A stretch of 64,000 bases of DNA. It comes from Paraspadella gotoi (taxonomy: Eukaryota > Animalia > Chaetognatha). The translations under genes were made by a program, and so were the position numbers. Each line of letters begins with the position of its first letter. Positions within the stretch are counted from its first letter, which is position 1. This document shows positions 59,913 to 64,000 of this stretch, in pieces. The DNA lies in the NCBI GenBank assembly GCA_051294375.1, contig CM119267.1, forward strand, positions 11,729,553-11,793,552, given 5' to 3'. Under the pieces are notes generated by a model. It was not told the origin of the DNA. It ran no database searches and saw only the letters and a list, made by a program, of their open reading frames with translations.

Positions 59913-60784
59913 TTCACTCATACACGCATTTGTTTGTTTTATTTTACGATGAATGATTCATCGCGTCAATGAATGACTATCATCGCATCAATGAATGACT
60001 ATCATCATGGGCTTTGATCCTTATGCTTTTAAGATTTTTTTTTTTTATTTCCAACCTTCTAATCAGCCGGGCTTGCTGGACCGAAATTTGCTCGTCTGCT
60101 CGTCCGGGCAAACCACCTCGCGAAGAAGCTGAGCTCCAGTGAGCGATAAGGAGAGCAGGAAGAGCGGTTGAACGAGGAAACGAGGAAGAGAGCGTAGCGG
60201 TCTTCCAGTTTAGGGATGAGAAGTAAAAGACGAGCTCGTCCTTAATGGGGGGAGGAAAAATGAGGAGGAAGATGAGCGTGAGGGGAAAAAAACAATGTAA
60301 ACTAGGCCATACATGTTGCATTGGTTTTTTTCATTCTATGAAAAATGGTTGAATTTGCGGGGGAGGGGGACTTGTTTTGAAAACTTAATCGAAGTAATCT
60401 GGCTTATTAAAATCAGTATATGTTTGTTTTGGAATTCTTGGGGTTTTTTGTCGTTCGTTATTATGAAAAGTACTGAAACGGCGCGGAAACGTAATTTACA
60501 TTTTTTGCGTGCTTTAAGAAATAATCACTTGAGTAAATCTTGGTTGAATTTAAAACCACTATGGTATGATTATGAGCTGTATCCTTTTATGCTGTCTCAA
60601 AAAAGGTTAATTATTGAATTATCTATTCTTTTCGTCTGCTGCTTTCCTTTTTAATACGGTAAATATAATATATCTCCTACATTCTGTGCAACATATTCTC
60701 AGTTTTTCAATTTCCAAAAAAAAAAAATACCTTAAAAGAACAATATGCTATGAATTCTTTTTCAAATTAAAGCGTTTCCTCCGT

Positions 60785-61032
60785 TTTTAGTGGCGCAGCG
60801 AGTACTCGCGGAGCAACTCTATAAGTCACTTTTCGGTCGGTCGGTCGGTCGGTATGTCTGTCCGTCGGTCTGTCCCACTTACGTTAAAAACGCTTATAAC
60901 TTGCTTATATTTTGTTGCTCATTTGTTAAAAATCAAATCTAAGTGACTACTGGCGCCACCTTTTGTTTTTAAAGAAATAAGTAAAAAGAAAAGTATTGCG
61001 GCGCAACACCTTGGAATAACCGTTCCTTGTTA
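60785..61032 (-). mobile_element. Helentron-type non-autonomous element, family A (copy 2)
   Basis: Reverse-complement match to 11975-12352, with terminal palindrome GCGAGTACTCGC, CTCTATAAGTCACTTT and a (CGGT)n tract. Confidence 0.72.
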
Positions 61033-62149
61033 GACAATATTACTATAATTTATGGAGACAGTATTTTTGTAATCGAAGATTTTTTATTTTTATTATTTAA
61101 AAATATAAAAATAACTCTTTTTATATAAATAAACCCTTTTTAAAAAAAAATAGTAAAATTTGAAATTATTCAATTTCAAGCTATTAAACCCGAAACCCGA
61201 TGGCAATTAACTGGAATTTTAACTTGTCAAACTTGTTGGTAGGCAAGACAAAGCTCGAAAGTTTCTCAACTAAAACGAAGCTCTCCAGAATCGATTTCGA
61301 ATCCGTGATTTTGTATCTATCTTTAAATAATTTATTTTGATCAAAATTCAATTGATAAACCTAAACGAAATTCTTTTAATTCTTTCATTCCAAAAATAAA
61401 AATTAGACGTCACACTTTGGATTAGGATAAAAACAACTATTTTCCGAACGTATCAGCAGAGCAGAACAATTGAAATTTGGACTCGGGATTAAAGTGCAAT
61501 TTTTTTTAATTGGTGATTTTTAACATGAAAAAAAAAACACCTGACATGATGTTCAGTGTGAGTATGCCAATAATTTGGGGTCATAGTCGTCGTCGTCGTC
61601 GCCGTTGTCGTCATCTTCCAAAAATCTCGATTTTTGTTTCGCAAAATAGTGTTTTTGTTTTCAAATCGCGTTGCCAAACAAAACCACAAAAAGAATGCGA
61701 ATAAAAATATCTAAATAACACAGTGGAATTTGTTCTCTGCTGGAATTTTTTCTGTTGACAAAGCCGACCCATGTCCCTACTTCCCTTCTTCAAAGAGAAA
61801 TCGATCTATCAATTCCTAAATTGTTATGTTAAATTTCGCGCCCTTTCCCTATAGACAAGGAATCAACAAACGCTTTCGTTTATTTTCTTCCTTCAATCCG
61901 CGAGATTTTAAAACGGGGCTTTTATTGCGGAATTAGTCAAACACTTGTTATGGTCATGTATGTCATGTAAGTAAGAATTCTTATTTAAAGTAAGCTTTGA
62001 TACCACCAGGGGGCAAGCCGAATTTTGCCCTTGCGTCTCGACATCAACGATCAAAATGGATTTGAAAAGAAAAGAGCATTGGCGGTTCCCCACGGTTGGT
62101 TGTCTCTCGTTTTCTCGAGACTAATCTGGAGGATGAATGCTGCTCCCGT

Positions 62150-62188
<39 letters not shown>

Positions 62189-63214
62189 TGGATTTTTTTT
62201 TTCCAGAAAACGTGTTTCTCTCTTTGTCGTTATATTGTCAAAGTCATCGTCAAAGCCACTGGAAAGAGATCTTTGACATTTCCTGCGAAGATCTTGAAAC
62301 GAGTTTTACTTTTATATCTCGAAAACTTTAAGTTTCCACTCCTTGAACGTTAAAAATATTTAATCTTTTTATTAACCTAGTTAAAATTGTTGTATTTTTG
62401 TGCTGAATAAATCTTGTTGCATACGAATAAAAACTCTTAATTTACGGACTTTATGGAGCAACGTAAATTCAACTCGATAAGAAAGTACTGTGAATGGTTT
62501 GAAAAGTACAAGTATACAATTTTTTTAAATCAATTTTTATATTTATAAATTCGTAAAGTTTCTTTTTTGACGATTGTTATTACTTTCTCATCGGTTATAA
62601 GTCAACTTATTTTATAAGAATTGAATAACTAATCGCTTTTCTTATGTTTGGCAACTAACTTTTTTTGGCAACATTCCAGTGAAATCCAACGACATTAATT
62701 TGTAACCACAACTTTGCCTTTTTCTAAAAATATTTTCATTTTCGATTGTAACTTAAACATATTAGGTTTTTTTAATTACATATTATCATAACTATGGTAA
62801 GAACCGAATAGGCGTGATTCGTTCCGCTCGGTGCCCAGTGGGCACTGCTCACTGCTCAGCCATTGGTTTTTTGAGCCTCTACAGTTTAACTTTTCTTATC
62901 GGTTGTTATTATTCTGTTCAGCTAAATTCCATCACGCGATCCCCCCTCTTTTCTAAGGCGCAAAGAATGTTAGCCTTTCTGCCCCTTAATCTGCTTTCTG
63001 TGATATCATTTGTCCTTGTTATTGCGGTTTGGAAACTACTTTTTTCTATCATTTTTAACTTCATAAAATACGTCATTCATTGCTTAATAATGCTTATAGT
63101 GCTTGATGGAAAAGAATTAAATAATAAAATTAAATTAGAAGTCAAATAAAATTTTTAAAAAATGATTTCAATGTCGACTCTCACGTAGGTAATTACGTTG
63201 AAATTAAATTTCTA

Positions 63215-63314
<100 letters not shown>

Positions 63315-63609
63315 CATCCCTCCCCCTTTATCTCTCCCTCTTTCCATCTTTCAACACCTCTGATTTTCTCTCGTAGCGACGACTCATTCTTCCGCCAAAG
63401 ACTTTTTAAAGAAAAACTGCTTCCCCCGCATTCTTCGTGGATTCGTCGCACTTCCGGTGGCCTTGTTGACATGTAACTTACTTAAGTTTACTTGCTTTTT
63501 TATTTTAAATGCGCACACGAGCTTCTTTTTGGGCGCGAACCTTCCCTCGCGCGTGCACGGTTCGCGCGCTTCCGACCACGACGTAGACGCGACCCCCACT
63601 TTTAGTTTT

Positions 63610-63677
<68 letters not shown>

Positions 63678-64000
63678 CACGGCAACCGCAGCGTCTACGG
63701 CTGCGTAGTCGTAACGCACCGACGCGACTGTTCGTCCACTATGAGAAACGATTTCTTTGGCGAAAATTTATGCCGACAAAAAAAAAACTTAAAAAATCCC
63801 AAACATATTTAAAAAAAAAAAGTTTTCCATACCCAAAGTCTTCCGTTAATCGCGACGTTTCTCCTGACATCGAGGGAAAGATTCTCATGAATAAGGAATC
63901 TATGAAAAGAGACCCTCTTTTAGACTTTCTCGCGCGTTGCGAATGTTTTGACTTGGCGAAAGTCGTTGTGACTCCATCTGACGTCAAAATGACGCCGACC

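Overview
Eukaryotic (animal, probably bilaterian invertebrate) genomic DNA: compact multi-exon genes with CpG-rich exons, short AT-rich introns, many (GA)n/(CT)n microsatellites and one 22-N gap. Gene models were built by hand from splice sites and reading phases. From left to right: acetylcholinesterase with a T-peptide tail (-); a small 4-exon secreted prohormone-like gene with an FLRFG motif (-); AGBL5/CCP5 tubulin deglutamylase with a ~660-aa insertion inside its catalytic domain and intronic tRNA genes (+); LIX1/lowfat-like (-); an orphan disordered protein (-); LRRIQ1-like (+); TEKTL1/CCDC105-like (+); an ITPK1-like ATP-grasp kinase fused in frame to a choline/ethanolamine-kinase-like (APH-fold) domain (-); and UBE2N/Ubc13 (-). 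Repeats include two families of Helentron-type non-autonomous elements, a TA-flanked MITE, a tRNA-derived SINE, foldback remnants, and an inverted pair of Penelope-type minimal hammerhead ribozymes. The most novel candidates are the ITPK1-choline-kinase-like fusion, the hammerhead element, the RFamide-like precursor, the CCP5 insertion and an apparent 1-nt intron slide in UBE2N. All homology calls are from recognised motifs, not database searches.
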